Shown here: positions 19,907-32,900 of the stretch, in pieces
Layout: each line of letters starts with the position of its first letter
Numbering within the stretch: the first letter of the stretch is position 1
The notes under the pieces: model-generated
The model's input: only the letters and a program-made list of their open reading frames with translations
Told to the model about the DNA's origin: nothing
Databases searched by the model: none
Program-made: the position numbers and the translations under genes
NCBI RefSeq assembly: GCF_055900595.2
Contig: NZ_CM148325.1
Strand: one strand, 5' to 3'
DNA length: 64,000 nt

Positions 19907-20827
19907 TCAGTAACGGATTTTCGGGTCGATAACCGCATATAGCACATCGACAATGGCATTAAACAAAATGGTTAACGCGCCAACCAGAATGGTCAGACTT
20001 AACACTAAGGAATAGTCACGATTCAATGCGCCATTAACGAACAATTGCCCAATCCCCGGTAAACCATAAATGGTTTCGATGACCATAGAACCGGTAATAA
20101 TGCCGACAAATGCAGGGCCCATATAGGAGAGCACGGGTAACAGAGCAGGTTTTAATGCGTGGCGTAAAATGATCCGCCGCATAGGTAACCCTTTCGCCCG
20201 GGCAGTACGAATAAAGTTGGAGTGTAATACTTCAATCATAGAGCCACGGGTAATACGCGCAATACTGGCGATATAGGCGAGTGACAACGCCACCATTGGC
20301 AGTATCATGAATTTAAGCGCACCACCATTCCAGCCACCGCCCGGCAGCCAATGCAAAATGATCGCAAATATCATGACTAATAATGGCGCAACCACAAAAC
20401 TGGGGATAACAACCCCGGTCATTGCCAGCCCCATCACGGTATAGTCCCATTTGGTGTTTTGTTTTAATGCGGCAATAACGCCAGCACTAACACCCAGTAT
20501 TACCGCAAGGAAAAATGCTGCGGCTCCCAGTTTGGCAGAAACGGGAAAACTGGATGCAACCAGGTCGTTGACCGAATAATCTTTATATTTAAACGATGGA
20601 CCGAAATCGCCATGCGCCAGTTGTTTCAGGTAGCTGAAATACTGTGTCATGATCGGATCATTAAGATGATATTTCGCTTCGATATTGGCCATCACTTCTG
20701 GCGGTAAAGTACGTTCGCCGGTAAAAGGGCTTCCCGGCGCGAGGCGCATCATGAAGAACGAAATAGTAATAAGAATAAATAGCGTCGGAATCGCTTCCAG
20801 ACAGCGACGTAGAATAAATTTTAACAT
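19907..20827 (-). CDS. oppB: Oligopeptide ABC transporter permease OppB
   Basis: 306-aa permease matching OppB. Confidence 0.95.
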   Translation of the reverse strand: MLKFILRRCLEAIPTLFILITISFFMMRLAPGSPFTGERTLPPEVMANIEAKYHLNDPIMTQYFSYLKQLAHGDFGPSFKYKDYSVNDLVASSFPVSAKLGAAAFFLAVILGVSAGVIAALKQNTKWDYTVMGLAMTGVVIPSFVVAPLLVMIFAIILHWLPGGGWNGGALKFMILPMVALSLAYIASIARITRGSMIEVLHSNFIRTARAKGLPMRRIILRHALKPALLPVLSYMGPAFVGIITGSMVIETIYGLPGIGQLFVNGALNRDYSLVLSLTILVGALTILFNAIVDVLYAVIDPKIRY

Positions 20828-20912
20828 TGCCCTACCTTCTGGCCTGTGCCTTCTGTAATGCGATAAAAATCAGACACCGTGGAGCAGGACACTCCTGCCC
20901 CACGTATTGCCA

Positions 20913-22544
20913 TTAGTGCTTCACAATGTACATATTCCGGGTGTAGGTATTATCCAGCGGATCTTTGCCGGTATAGCCACCAACCCACGGTTTCACCAGA
21001 CGCGCATTCACGTAGTAATAAACAGGAACAATGGCCGAATCCTTATCCAGCTGTTGTTCTGCTTTAGTGTACAGAGCTGTGCGCTGCGCCTCGTCAGTCG
21101 CTTTCAGCGTTTCCGCCATAATGCTGTCAAAGGCCGGGCTCTTATAATGCGCGGTATTCATCGAGCTGTTCGACAGCATGGTGTTCAGGAAGGAAGTTGG
21201 TTCGTTGTAGTCTGCGCACCAGCCTGCACGGGCCACATCAAAAGTGCCCTGGTGACGGGTGTCGAGGAACGTTTTCCACTCCTGGTTAACCAGTTTGACG
21301 TTTACACCAATGTTTTTCTTCCACAATGAAGAGGCAGCAATCGCCAGCTTTTTATGCAGATCGGAGGTGTTATACAACAGGTTGATGGTCAACGGTTTGT
21401 CTGCGGTATAACCCGCTTCAGCCAGCAGTTTTTTCGCTTCTTCGTTACGTTTTTCCTGGCTCCAGCCAAACCATTCCGGCTGAGTCAATTTTGCGCCATC
21501 AGTATACGGTGGAGTGTAACCATAGGCGGGCATGTCGCCCTGCGCTTTCACTTTATTAACAATGATATCGCGGTCCATACCCAGTTTCAGTGCGGTACGC
21601 ACACGTACATCGTTGAATGGCGGTTTCTGGTTGTTAATTTCGTAATAATAAGTGCACAGGTATGGATCAACGTGAACTTCGTCCGGGATCTCTTTTTTCA
21701 GCTTCTGGAACAATTCGATCGGCATGTTGTTATAAGTCATGTCGATTTCACCACTACGGTAGCGGTTGACATCGGTAACTTCAGAAGCAATAGGCAAATA
21801 GGTTACCTGGTTAATAACGGTTTTCGCGTTGTTCCAGTAGGTTGGGCTGCGTTCAAGAACGATTCGTTCGTTTACGACCCAATCTTTTAAGGTATAGGCA
21901 CCGTTGGTGATGATATTACCAGGCTGGGTCCATTTTTCGCCGAATTTCTCGATAGCGGCTTTTGGCACCGGTGAAGTTGATGGGTGAACAAGTAATTTAT
22001 AGAAGTACGGAACAGGTTCACTTAAGGTGACTTCTAATGTGTGATCATCAATAGCTTTCACGCCGAGATCGGTAATCGGTTTTTTCCCTTCAAGAATTTC
22101 ATCAATACCGGCGATATGCCCATATTGCAGATAACTGGCATACGGAGAAGCGGTGTTTGGATCAACAGAACGTTGCCAGCTATACACAAAGTCTTGTGCT
22201 GTGACTGGCGTGCCATCAGACCATTTCGCATCTTTACGCAAATGGAAGGTCCAGACTTTCGCGTCTTTATTATCCCAGGATTCAGCGACGCCAGGTGCCG
22301 GATGACCGTCAAGATCGCTGACCAGTAAGCCTTCAAACAGGTCTCGGCTGATATTAGACTCCGGAACACCTTCAATTTTATGCGGATCCAATGACTGAAC
22401 TTCTGAACCATTGTTACGTACCAGCGTTTGTTTTTCCGCCAGTGTGACGCCTGCGGGTACATCAGCTGCCAGCGCGACATTCCCTGCCATAAGCGCAGCC
22501 AGAACGCCAGCTGCTACTAAACTTCTCTTGGTGATGTTGGTCAT
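20913..22544 (-). CDS. oppA: Periplasmic oligopeptide-binding protein OppA
   Basis: 543 aa from MTNITKRSLVAAGVLAALMAGNVALA signal peptide. Confidence 0.95.
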   Translation of the reverse strand: MTNITKRSLVAAGVLAALMAGNVALAADVPAGVTLAEKQTLVRNNGSEVQSLDPHKIEGVPESNISRDLFEGLLVSDLDGHPAPGVAESWDNKDAKVWTFHLRKDAKWSDGTPVTAQDFVYSWQRSVDPNTASPYASYLQYGHIAGIDEILEGKKPITDLGVKAIDDHTLEVTLSEPVPYFYKLLVHPSTSPVPKAAIEKFGEKWTQPGNIITNGAYTLKDWVVNERIVLERSPTYWNNAKTVINQVTYLPIASEVTDVNRYRSGEIDMTYNNMPIELFQKLKKEIPDEVHVDPYLCTYYYEINNQKPPFNDVRVRTALKLGMDRDIIVNKVKAQGDMPAYGYTPPYTDGAKLTQPEWFGWSQEKRNEEAKKLLAEAGYTADKPLTINLLYNTSDLHKKLAIAASSLWKKNIGVNVKLVNQEWKTFLDTRHQGTFDVARAGWCADYNEPTSFLNTMLSNSSMNTAHYKSPAFDSIMAETLKATDEAQRTALYTKAEQQLDKDSAIVPVYYYVNARLVKPWVGGYTGKDPLDNTYTRNMYIVKH

Positions 22545-23279
22545 TGTTTTTTGGACTCCCTCATTATAATTACTGGTATTAACCAGCATGTGTAATCCCG
22601 GATTGGGACCCTGCACAGGCTCGGAGACTTTCTGCTGTCAGGTTACTTTATCGTTACGGATTGCTATCACCGACTTTATTTATTCTGGTGATTCAGACGA
22701 TCACCTTATGTCGATTCGTACTGTGTCTCCCCTGTCGAGACACATTATTCTTTTGCGACGCTCTTTAATTGTTAATTATTCTCATTACCAATAAAAATCG
22801 CCTGGCGGTTGGTCGGAAAGTACCAAATGCGCTTCTTACTCGCCAATACATTTTGCAAAATTGTTAAGCAATTCTCTTTTATTGACCGTATCAGAATCTA
22901 TAGCTTGTATCCATGTCTTAACAAACATCTTTCAATTCAATCAAATAGAGATTGGTTAAGCATGTCTATCTTTTCTGATTACAGTTCCAGTAGTGAAATG
23001 CACAATAATTTAACAATTGATTGTTATTTAGCACTTTCCTCTACCAAAGGCAGTGGAATTACTAATATCATTTCAATTATTCTTCAGCAAGCCCAGGATT
23101 ATGATGTGGCGAAAATAACATGATGGTGAGGCGAAGCAGTTAAGGAAATCCTTATAAATAACTGTAATTTCAGAGGAATATTCTGACCTATTCCTTTTGC
23201 TTTTGATAACTGCGCGGGAACAAAGTAAAAATAATGACGATAAAACGGAGCATGTCAGCTCCGTTTCATTTGAAAGGAA

Positions 23280-23927
23280 TTAATTAAGCAGGCCGGGGAA
23301 AATCCCCTTAATACCAGTAACGATAAATTCAATCCCCAACGCCATCAGCAATAGCCCCATAATACGCGTAATCACGTTGATGCCGGTCTGGCGTAAAACC
23401 CGTACCAGCCACGGTGCCATGCGGAACAATCCCCAGCAGCATAAAGCAAACAATGCAATAGCCACAAAGAAACCAAACAGATAGCTAATACTGTGATAAC
23501 GCGTACCCCAGACGATGGTGGAACTAATCGCCCCTGGCCCCGCCATCAACGGCAACGCCAATGGCACTACACCAATGCTTTCACGTACCGCGGTTTCTGA
23601 TTTTTCTTGCTTGTTCTGTTTATCCTCGCCGAGCTTGCCGCTGATCATCGACATCGCAATCGTCACCACCAGGATGCCACCGGCGATACGGAACGAATCA
23701 ATTGATATACCAAAAAGCTGTAGAATCGTGTCGCCGAGAAAAAGCGAGATCCACAAGATAATGGCCACAGACAGGTTGGCTGTAAGGTTCGTTTTGTTTC
23801 GCGCTGCCGCTGTCTGATAACTGGTCATGCTGATAAAGACGGGAATAATCCCAACCGGGTTGACCAGCGCAAATAACCCGATGAAAAATTTGAAGTAAAC
23901 GGGAAAATCAAAAAGGGTCTGAATCAC
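23280..23927 (-). CDS. ychE: MarC-family inner membrane protein YchE
   Basis: 215-aa membrane protein matching YchE. Confidence 0.85.
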   Translation of the reverse strand: MIQTLFDFPVYFKFFIGLFALVNPVGIIPVFISMTSYQTAAARNKTNLTANLSVAIILWISLFLGDTILQLFGISIDSFRIAGGILVVTIAMSMISGKLGEDKQNKQEKSETAVRESIGVVPLALPLMAGPGAISSTIVWGTRYHSISYLFGFFVAIALFALCCWGLFRMAPWLVRVLRQTGINVITRIMGLLLMALGIEFIVTGIKGIFPGLLN

Positions 23928-24403
23928 GGTTAGCTCCGAAGCAAAAGCCGGATAATGTTAGCCATAAAAAGGTTAAAAAGACGCGCTGACAATACGCCTT
24001 TTAACCGCATTTTTCACCTCCTAACTACTTAAAATTGCTATCATTCGTTATTGTTATCTAGTTGTACAAAACATGCTAATGTAACCAACAAACCATACTA
24101 CAATTTATTAACTGTTAGCTATAATGGCGAAAAGCGATGCTGAAAGGTGTCAGCTTCGCAAAAATTTGATTTGGATCACGTAATCAGTACCCAGAAGTGA
24201 GTAATCTTGCTTACGCCACCTGGAAGTGACGCATTAGAGATAAATAGCTCTAATGTTTAAACTCTTTTAGTAAATCACAGTGAGTGTGAGCGCGAGTAAG
24301 CTTTTGATTTTCATCGGTTAAGCAAATCATCACCGCACTGACTATACTCTCGTATTCGAGCAGATGATTTACTAAAAAAGTTTAACATTATCAGGAGAGC
24401 ATT

Positions 24404-27079
24404 ATGGCTGTTACTAATGTCGCTGAACTTAACGCACTCGTAGAGCGTGTAAAAAAAGCCCAGCGTGAATATGCCAGTTTCACTCAAGAGCAAGTAGACA
24501 AAATCTTCCGCGCCGCCGCCCTGGCAGCTGCAGATGCTCGAATCCCACTCGCGAAAATGGCCGTTGCCGAATCCGGCATGGGTATCGTCGAAGATAAAGT
24601 AATCAAAAACCACTTTGCTTCTGAATATATCTACAACGCCTATAAAGATGAAAAAACCTGTGGTGTTCTGTCTGAAGACGACACTTTTGGTACCATCACT
24701 ATCGCTGAACCAATCGGTATTATTTGCGGTATCGTTCCGACTACTAACCCGACTTCAACGGCTATCTTCAAATCGCTGATCAGCCTGAAGACCCGTAACG
24801 CCATTATCTTCTCCCCGCACCCGCGTGCAAAAGATGCAACCAACAAAGCTGCAGATATTGTTCTGCAGGCTGCTATCGCTGCTGGTGCGCCGAAAGACCT
24901 GATTGGCTGGATCGATCAACCTTCTGTTGAACTGTCTAACGCGCTGATGCACCACCCAGACATCAACCTGATCCTCGCGACCGGTGGTCCGGGTATGGTT
25001 AAAGCCGCATACAGCTCCGGTAAACCAGCTATCGGCGTAGGCGCGGGTAACACTCCAGTCGTTATCGATGAAACTGCTGATATCAAACGTGCAGTTGCAT
25101 CTGTACTGATGTCTAAAACCTTCGACAACGGCGTAATCTGTGCTTCTGAACAATCTGTTGTTGTAGTTGACTCTGTTTATGACGCGGTACGTGAGCGTTT
25201 CGCTACCCACGGCGGTTACATACTGCAGGGCAAAGAGCTGAAAGCAGTTCAGGACGTTATCCTGAAAAACGGCGCACTGAACGCAGCTATCGTTGGTCAG
25301 CCAGCCTATAAAATTGCTGAACTGGCAGGCTTCTCTGTACCAGAAAATACCAAGATTCTGATCGGTGAAGTGACCGTTGTTGATGAAAGCGAACCGTTCG
25401 CACATGAAAAACTGTCCCCGACTCTGGCAATGTACCGTGCTAAAGATTTCGAAGACGCGGTAGAAAAAGCAGAGAAACTGGTTGCTATGGGCGGCATCGG
25501 TCATACCTCTTGCCTGTACACTGACCAGGATAACCAACCGGCTCGCGTTGCCTACTTCGGTCAGAAAATGAAAACGGCCCGTATTCTGATCAACACCCCG
25601 GCGTCTCAGGGTGGTATCGGTGACCTGTATAACTTCAAACTCGCACCTTCCCTGACTCTGGGTTGTGGTTCCTGGGGTGGTAACTCCATCTCTGAAAACG
25701 TTGGTCCGAAACACCTGATCAACAAGAAAACCGTTGCTAAGCGAGCTGAAAACATGTTGTGGCACAAACTTCCGAAATCTATCTACTTCCGCCGTGGCTC
25801 TCTGCCAATCGCGCTGGATGAAGTGATTACTGATGGCCACAAACGTGCGCTCATCGTGACTGACCGCTTCCTGTTCAACAATGGTTATGCTGATCAGATC
25901 ACTTCCGTACTGAAAGCAGCAGGCGTTGAAACTGAAGTCTTCTTCGAAGTAGAAGCTGACCCGACCCTGAGCATCGTTCGTAAAGGTGCAGAACTGGCAA
26001 ACTCCTTCAAACCAGACGTGATTATCGCGCTGGGTGGTGGTTCCCCGATGGATGCCGCGAAGATCATGTGGGTCATGTACGAGCATCCAGAAACTCACTT
26101 CGAAGAACTGGCGCTGCGCTTTATGGATATCCGTAAACGTATCTACAAGTTCCCGAAAATGGGCGTGAAAGCGAAAATGATCGCTGTCACCACCACTTCT
26201 GGTACAGGTTCTGAAGTCACTCCGTTTGCGGTTGTAACTGACGACGCTACTGGTCAGAAATATCCGCTGGCAGACTATGCGCTGACCCCGGATATGGCGA
26301 TTGTCGATGCCAACCTGGTTATGGACATGCCGAAGTCCCTGTGTGCTTTCGGTGGTCTGGACGCAGTAACTCACGCCATGGAAGCTTATGTTTCTGTACT
26401 GGCATCTGAGTTCTCTGATGGTCAGGCACTGCAGGCACTGAAACTGCTGAAAGAATATCTGCCAGCGTCCTACCACGAAGGATCTAAAAATCCGGTAGCG
26501 CGTGAACGTGTTCACAGTGCAGCAACTATCGCTGGTATCGCGTTTGCGAACGCCTTCCTGGGTGTATGTCACTCAATGGCGCACAAACTGGGTTCCCAGT
26601 TCCATATTCCGCACGGTCTGGCAAACGCCCTGCTGATTTGTAACGTTATTCGCTACAACGCGAATGACAACCCGACCAAGCAGACTGCATTCAGCCAGTA
26701 TGACCGTCCGCAGGCTCGCCGTCGTTATGCTGAAATTGCTGACCACCTGGGTCTGAGCGCACCGGGCGACCGTACTGCTGCTAAGATCGAGAAACTGCTG
26801 GCATGGCTGGAAACGCTGAAAGCTGAACTGGGTATTCCGAAATCTATCCGTGAAGCTGGCGTTCAGGAAGCAGACTTCCTGGCGAATGTGGATAAACTGT
26901 CTGAAGATGCATTCGATGACCAGTGCACCGGCGCTAACCCGCGTTACCCACTGATCTCCGAGCTGAAACAGATTCTGCTGGATACCTACTACGGTCGTGA
27001 TTATGTAGAAGGTGAAACTGTAGCGAAAAAAGAAGCCGCTCCGGCTAAAGCTGAGAAAAAAGCGAAGAAATCCGCTTAA
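24404..27079 (+). CDS. adhE: Bifunctional aldehyde/alcohol dehydrogenase AdhE
   Basis: 891 aa; N-terminal aldehyde dehydrogenase and C-terminal iron-type alcohol dehydrogenase domains. Confidence 0.97.
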   Translation: MAVTNVAELNALVERVKKAQREYASFTQEQVDKIFRAAALAAADARIPLAKMAVAESGMGIVEDKVIKNHFASEYIYNAYKDEKTCGVLSEDDTFGTITIAEPIGIICGIVPTTNPTSTAIFKSLISLKTRNAIIFSPHPRAKDATNKAADIVLQAAIAAGAPKDLIGWIDQPSVELSNALMHHPDINLILATGGPGMVKAAYSSGKPAIGVGAGNTPVVIDETADIKRAVASVLMSKTFDNGVICASEQSVVVVDSVYDAVRERFATHGGYILQGKELKAVQDVILKNGALNAAIVGQPAYKIAELAGFSVPENTKILIGEVTVVDESEPFAHEKLSPTLAMYRAKDFEDAVEKAEKLVAMGGIGHTSCLYTDQDNQPARVAYFGQKMKTARILINTPASQGGIGDLYNFKLAPSLTLGCGSWGGNSISENVGPKHLINKKTVAKRAENMLWHKLPKSIYFRRGSLPIALDEVITDGHKRALIVTDRFLFNNGYADQITSVLKAAGVETEVFFEVEADPTLSIVRKGAELANSFKPDVIIALGGGSPMDAAKIMWVMYEHPETHFEELALRFMDIRKRIYKFPKMGVKAKMIAVTTTSGTGSEVTPFAVVTDDATGQKYPLADYALTPDMAIVDANLVMDMPKSLCAFGGLDAVTHAMEAYVSVLASEFSDGQALQALKLLKEYLPASYHEGSKNPVARERVHSAATIAGIAFANAFLGVCHSMAHKLGSQFHIPHGLANALLICNVIRYNANDNPTKQTAFSQYDRPQARRRYAEIADHLGLSAPGDRTAAKIEKLLAWLETLKAELGIPKSIREAGVQEADFLANVDKLSEDAFDDQCTGANPRYPLISELKQILLDTYYGRDYVEGETVAKKEAAPAKAEKKAKKSA

Positions 27080-27104
27080 TAAGTAGCACTGTCTGGCAAC
27101 ATAA

Positions 27105-27130
27105 ACGGTCCCTTCTGGGGCCGTTTTTTT
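27105..27130 (+). terminator. adhE rho-independent terminator
   Basis: GC-rich hairpin (GGTCCCTTCTGGGGCC) followed by TTTTTTT. Confidence 0.6.
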
Positions 27131-27381
27131 GTTTTACCCAAAGCAACTTTCCCATAAACCGACAGCATTTGCCTTCATCATATTTACGGCGATGTATAAC
27201 GCCTACACACAGCGATATTGTACTTTACGGGTCACAAGTCAACGTCACTGTAAAAGCGATCTGTGAGGGGTATAGTGGCGTTAAAGAACTGTCGAGAAGG
27301 GTATATACACCGGATGAAGTGCGTAAAATGAACTGACAGGATAAAAGCGCTCTGCTCACCCTGTCAGTAAAGAAATTCTTA

Positions 27382-27999
27382 TTAATCGTGGCGATGCCTT
27401 TCCTGAATAGCCGTTAATGAGCCGACTTCTAACGCCTCTTTATAGTGTTTGCGGCATACAGAAACGTAGCGTTCATTACCACCAATAACCACCTGCTCAC
27501 CTTCGTTATAAGGTCTGCCTGCTTGATCAAGACGCAGCACCATGCTTGCTTTACGGCCACAAAAACAGATGGTTTTTAATTCAACCAGTTTGTCGGACCA
27601 TGCCAGTAAGTATTGGCTGCCAACAAATAATTCACCTCGAAAATCGGTACGTAAACCATAACAAAGTACGGGTATATCGAGTTGATCTACAACCTCCGAT
27701 AATTCATATACTTGTTGTCTGGTTAAAAACTGGCATTCATCAACCAGTACGCAATGAATTGCCTGCTGTTCATGTTCCGCACGAATCTCATCAAATAATG
27801 ATGAATTTTGGTTAAATAATTTTGCAGGCGATGACAAACCTATACGCGAGCTGACTTTCCCGGCACCAAAGCGATCATCAATTTCTGCCGTATATACGAC
27901 AGTGCGCATGCCGCGTTCCTGGTAATTGTATGAAGATTGCAACAATGCTGTAGACTTACCCGCATTCATTGCGGAATAGTAGAAATATAGCTGTGCCAT
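27382..27999 (-). CDS. tdk: Thymidine kinase
   Basis: 205 aa, P-loop MNAGKST, matches Tdk. Confidence 0.95.
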   Translation of the reverse strand: MAQLYFYYSAMNAGKSTALLQSSYNYQERGMRTVVYTAEIDDRFGAGKVSSRIGLSSPAKLFNQNSSLFDEIRAEHEQQAIHCVLVDECQFLTRQQVYELSEVVDQLDIPVLCYGLRTDFRGELFVGSQYLLAWSDKLVELKTICFCGRKASMVLRLDQAGRPYNEGEQVVIGGNERYVSVCRKHYKEALEVGSLTAIQERHRHD

Positions 28000-28602
28000 C
28001 AGCCACAGGCCCTCAATGATATGAATTAAAGTTGGCTGGAGTTTATCATAATTCGTCAGTTTTTCAGCTCAACAGTATGCATAGAAGTGGTATATGCGTT
28101 CTCCCTTACGAAGCCTTCCATAATCCTTCTGAGCTATCATTACAACTGCCTCGCTTGTTATAAGCGGGTAAATGACTGCTGGTAACTATTCACAATCTTT
28201 AACCTGTTGCGCAAGTAATAGCCCTCTGTTGACCTCCTGGAGATAGTGCAATACTAAGTCCCTGCTCTTATTGCGACTGTTCTACTTTTCATCATTCGCT
28301 TAATAGGGAATTCTCGTAAACACGACTAATACAGAAGACTGAAAGGTCGTCAGCCTACGATAATCTCCCCATAAAATGTGACATGAATCAGGAAGTTTTA
28401 ACCTCACGTGCTGCGAAATCATCGGCGCAAATAGGGCTATATGCCGCGTCTTTTCTGGCTAATTTTATGAAAAGATATTTATTGGCGGCACAAAATAAAG
28501 AACAATTTTGAATTCCTTACATTCCTGGCTATTGCACAACTGAATTTAAGGCTCTATTATTACCTCAACAAACCACCCCAATATAAGTTTGAGATTACTA
28601 CA

Positions 28603-29016
28603 ATGAGCGAAGCACTTAAAATTCTGAACAACATCCGTACTCTTCGTGCGCAGGCAAGAGAATGTACACTTGAAACGCTGGAAGAAATGCTGGAAAAATT
28701 AGAAGTTGTTGTTAACGAACGTCGCGAAGAAGAAAGCGCGGCTGCTGCTGAAGTTGAAGAGCGCACTCGTAAACTGCAGCAATATCGCGAAATGCTGATC
28801 GCTGACGGTATTGACCCGAACGAACTGCTGAATAGCCTTGCTGCCGTTAAATCTGGCACCAAAGCTAAACGCGCTCAGCGTCCGGCAAAATACAGCTACG
28901 TTGACGAAAACGGCGAAACTAAAACCTGGACTGGCCAGGGTCGTACTCCAGCTGTAATCAAAAAAGCAATGGATGAGCAAGGTAAATCCCTCGACGATTT
29001 CCTGATCAAGCAATAA
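28603..29016 (+). CDS. hns: Nucleoid-associated protein H-NS
   Basis: 137 aa, [20 protein letters not shown]... matches H-NS. Confidence 0.97.
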
Positions 29017-29042
29017 TCTTTTGTAGATGACACTTGCTTAAA

Positions 29043-29066
29043 ATCCCGCCATTGGCGGGATTTTTT
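29043..29066 (+). terminator. hns rho-independent terminator
   Basis: ATCCCGCC-ATT-GGCGGGAT hairpin followed by TTTTTT. Confidence 0.7.
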
Positions 29067-29159
29067 ATTGTCCGGTTTAAGACAATTTAATAAGAATAAG
29101 CTATAAAAAAACGGCGTCGATTGCTCAACGCCGTTTCGTGGATAACACCGATACGGAAG

Positions 29160-30068
29160 TTACTTCTTAATGCCCATCTCTTCTTCAAGCCAGGCTTTAA
29201 ATTCCGTGCCAAGGGTGTTATGACGAATACCGTATTCAACGAAGGCCTGCATGTAACCTAATTTATTACCGCAGTCATGGCTCTTCCCTTTCATATGATA
29301 GGCTTCCACCGTTTCTTTTTCGATCAGCATATCAATTGCGTCGGTGAGCTGAATTTCATCACCAGCACCCGGAGGGGTTTTTGCCAGCAACGGCCAAATA
29401 TCCGCGCTAAGAACGTAACGACCCACAATAGCGAGATTAGACGGCGCAACATCCGCTTTTGGTTTTTCAACCACGCCAACCATCGGTACGCTTTCACCCG
29501 GCGCTAATTCAACGCCTTTGCAATCCACAACGCCATATGCGGTCACATCAGCAACCGGTTCAACCATGATCTGGCTATGACCCGTTTCATCAAAGCGGCG
29601 GATCATCTCTGCCAGGTTATCCTGTGACAAATCGGATTCATATTCATCCAGAATAACGTCAGGCAAAATAACAGCCACAGGTTCATCACCCACTACCGGG
29701 TGAGCACACAATACCGCGTGTCCCAGGCCTTTCGCCAGCCCCTGACGAACTTGCATAATAGTCACGTGCGGCGGACAAATAGACTGCACTTCATCAAGCA
29801 GTTGACGTTTTACACGTTTTTCCAGCATTGCTTCCAGTTCAAAACTGGTATCAAAGTGGTTTTCAATAGAGTTTTTAGATGAGTGAGTAACCAGCACAAT
29901 TTCAGTAATGCCAGCCGCAATACATTCATTCACGACGTATTGAATTAATGGCTTATCGACAAGTGGCAGCATCTCTTTCGGGATGGCTTTCGTCGCCGGC
30001 AACATCCTGGTTCCTAATCCCGCAACGGGGATAACGGCTTTTTTGACTTTCGTATTAATGGCAGCCAT
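29160..30068 (-). CDS. galU: UTP-glucose-1-phosphate uridylyltransferase
   Basis: 302 aa matching GalU. Confidence 0.97.
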
Positions 30069-30269
30069 TTAAATTCTCCTGGACTGTTCGTGTTTTGAAC
30101 GTGTTCATATTTCTGTATCGCATCCCAGTATATCAGCACCCCGAAGGGGCTAAGTTATGAAAAGGAGGCGAGTTAGCATAATTAAGACAATTACTTATAC
30201 GAATGGCGACGATAGTACCACCAGCCGACATTAGCAGGTAATGCAAATTTAGCCCGCGTTATCGTTTGC

Positions 30270-31283
30270 TCATTCTGCAGACAACATCAAGCGAAGCCGA
30301 CCACCGGTTCCCCATATTTGGCATTGCCAGGCATCGCATCGCTGGCTCAATTGATTCAAATAAGCGTTACCTAAAGTGCCTAACGGAACACCATTACTGA
30401 TTTGCACCTGGTGTTCGCCAGTATTTAACGTCGCATTCAGACCCGCAGAAACCAGAATGAGATTTTTCAGTTCGCGATGATAATAGCCAACTAATAGCGG
30501 AAACTGCCCCGGCAGATTGGCCTGACGGAGTAAATGGTTTACCTGCTTCAATAACGCGCCCAACTCTGGCAACCGTTGATTTTGATGTGCAAGCTGTTCC
30601 TGTAATAATCCGTTAAACAATGCGCGTAATAACAAGGCAGCAAGTACGCCATTATGTCCAGCTCTGGTGACATCAAGGCAATAAAATGCAAGATCGTTTT
30701 CCGAAAGTGCGGCAATATCAAGCACCAGGCCGGGTTTGTCCGCGGCAACCAATTGACGATAATTAACCCGGCAATGGGAAATCACCTGCTGAACCGGCGG
30801 TTGCAATTCCTGTAATAATTTCGCCGCTGCGGCAGGGTTATCAACCATTGCATCCCAGTCGCGAAAAAGCCTCTCCTCTTCCTCAACGCGGGAATTAAAC
30901 ATGCTGGGATAGAGACAGGCAAAAACCATCTCGCGCAAGCGATTCAGATCTTTAACTGGTTTCAGCAAAACATCTTCAACGCCCAGACGTAACGCTTTGG
31001 CAATATCTGCCATATTTTCAGTGGCAGATATCACCAGAACCGGTGTCTGGTCACCTCTGTTGCGTATATGTTCCAGCAGTTTAAGCCCGTTCATTCGTGG
31101 CATCGCGATATCACATATCATCAGGTCTGGAGTGAAACCTCCCAGCAACTCAAGGGCATCCACCCCATCAGCCGCCAGTACCGTTGTCGCTCCCAATGAG
31201 GAAAACCACGAATCCAGAAGCGAGCGAAATACCTGCTCATCTTCAACAATGAGAATCTGTTTTCCGACCAATGGCTGCGTCAT
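30270..31283 (-). CDS. rssB: Response regulator RssB (RpoS proteolysis adaptor)
   Basis: 337 aa, receiver domain, matches RssB. Confidence 0.95.
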   Translation of the reverse strand: MTQPLVGKQILIVEDEQVFRSLLDSWFSSLGATTVLAADGVDALELLGGFTPDLMICDIAMPRMNGLKLLEHIRNRGDQTPVLVISATENMADIAKALRLGVEDVLLKPVKDLNRLREMVFACLYPSMFNSRVEEEERLFRDWDAMVDNPAAAAKLLQELQPPVQQVISHCRVNYRQLVAADKPGLVLDIAALSENDLAFYCLDVTRAGHNGVLAALLLRALFNGLLQEQLAHQNQRLPELGALLKQVNHLLRQANLPGQFPLLVGYYHRELKNLILVSAGLNATLNTGEHQVQISNGVPLGTLGNAYLNQLSQRCDAWQCQIWGTGGRLRLMLSAE

Positions 31284-31374
31284 GTTCTCTCCCCTGACTG
31301 GCTTTACTCAATAGTGGCATGCTATTGCCACCTGCGCCTGTCAGAATTAACTTAAGTGTAGATAAAAATTCTGG

Positions 31375-32280
31375 TCAAATGTTGGTGCGTACCAACGGCA
31401 AAAGTTCGTCCATTTTCTTTTCCACTGCCAGCTGCCCAGCCGCAATGGCAGCGTGCGCGCGATGGAAATCAAGCGTAGATATTTGCGGGCAAACAGGTTG
31501 AATCAGAATATCGGGCGGATCACCTGCCATGCGGTTCCTTTTAAGGCGGTTCTCCAGCACCTGGATAGAAGTGGTCATAATCTCTGTTGCCGTTGGCGCT
31601 GTCACCGCCCGACGTGTCGTTATGCTGCCCAACCTTTCTTTCAGACGCGCATGCCACGGCAGAGAATCACCATTCTCGCTATTTTCTTCACTGACATTAA
31701 AGGAGAGCAGATCTTGTTGCATCAAATGAGCATCGTGCTGCAGGTCGACCGCTATCACAATATCAGCACCCAATGCACGCGTGAGCGAAATAGGAATTGG
31801 GTTAACTACTGCCCCATCAACCAGCCAGTAGCCGTTATGCGCAACGGGTGCCATTAGTCCTGGAATACTGCATGATGCACGAATAGCAAGATGGAGATCG
31901 CCTTCAGTAAACCATAATTCGCGCCCAGTACTTAAATTGGTGGCAACAGCCGCGAAGCGACGGGAACAATTTTCGATCTCTGTTTCCGGCATTATTTCGC
32001 GATATTGATTGAAGACACGCTCGCCGCGCAGTAACCCACCGCGCTGCCAGGAGAGATCCATCAGGCGTAAAACATCCCAATAACTGAAAGAGGTTACCCA
32101 ATCTTCCAGCGCAGATAATCGATCGCATGCATAGGCCGCGCCCACCAGCGAACCAATTGAGCATCCTGCAACGATATCAATTTCAATACCCACTTTTTTT
32201 AGCGCATTAATAACGCCAATATGCGACCAACCTCTCGCCGCGCCAGATCCCAGCGCCAGCCCTATTTTTATCTTTCTCAT
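31375..32280 (-). CDS. rssA: Patatin-like phospholipase RssA
   Basis: 301 aa, GxSxG motif (GCSIGS). Confidence 0.9.
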   Translation of the reverse strand: MRKIKIGLALGSGAARGWSHIGVINALKKVGIEIDIVAGCSIGSLVGAAYACDRLSALEDWVTSFSYWDVLRLMDLSWQRGGLLRGERVFNQYREIMPETEIENCSRRFAAVATNLSTGRELWFTEGDLHLAIRASCSIPGLMAPVAHNGYWLVDGAVVNPIPISLTRALGADIVIAVDLQHDAHLMQQDLLSFNVSEENSENGDSLPWHARLKERLGSITTRRAVTAPTATEIMTTSIQVLENRLKRNRMAGDPPDILIQPVCPQISTLDFHRAHAAIAAGQLAVEKKMDELLPLVRTNI

Positions 32281-32392
32281 TATTCCCGCAAGATTCCCCT
32301 GGAATGCAATCGTAGCAACATCGCTACTGCTCGGTTAACATAGTGCTACTCAGGCGGTTAATACGCCGTTATTGTTTCCAGGGAGATTATTT

Positions 32393-32851
32393 GTGTCTCA
32401 GCTTTGTCCCTGTGGTAGTGCTGTCGAGTATAGCCTATGTTGCCACCCTTATGTGTCTGGTGAAAAGGTTGCACCTGATCCAGAACATCTCATGCGTTCG
32501 CGTTACTGCGCTTTTGTGATGCAAGACGCAGATTATTTAATAAAGACTTGGCATCCGTCTTGTGGTGCGGCGGCGTTACGTGCCGAATTGATTGCCGGGT
32601 TTGCGCATACTGAATGGTTGGGATTGACCGTATTTGAACATTGTTGGCAGGACGGCGACAATATCGGATTTGTCAGTTTTGTTGCTCGATTTACCGAAGG
32701 TGGCAAAACAGGTGCAATAATTGAACGTTCGCGATTTTTGAAAGAAAACGGTCAATGGTACTATATTGACGGTACACGTCCGCAGTTTGGCCGCAACGAT
32801 CCCTGCCCTTGTGGTTCAGGTAAAAAATTTAAAAAGTGCTGCGGCCAATAA
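32393..32851 (+). CDS. ychJ: YchJ (UPF0225, SEC-C motif protein)
   Basis: 152 aa from GTG with GGGAGA RBS; CPCGSG motifs at both termini. Confidence 0.85.
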   Translation: MSQLCPCGSAVEYSLCCHPYVSGEKVAPDPEHLMRSRYCAFVMQDADYLIKTWHPSCGAAALRAELIAGFAHTEWLGLTVFEHCWQDGDNIGFVSFVARFTEGGKTGAIIERSRFLKENGQWYYIDGTRPQFGRNDPCPCGSGKKFKKCCGQ

Positions 32852-32900
32852 TGGTTGACGGTACGGTTTAGCAAACACTCTCAACAAGGTTTTTCCAGCA

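Noticed and set aside
22809-23123. 104-aa plus-strand ORF in the AT-rich region between oppA and ychE
   Set aside because: No RBS, AT-rich low-complexity sequence in what is probably the oppA regulatory region; a small annotated gene may exist here in references but I cannot support it from sequence.
24755-26572. 605-aa minus-strand ORF
   Set aside because: Lies entirely antisense to adhE; Cys/Arg-rich low-plausibility translation, typical of an open antisense frame in a highly expressed gene.
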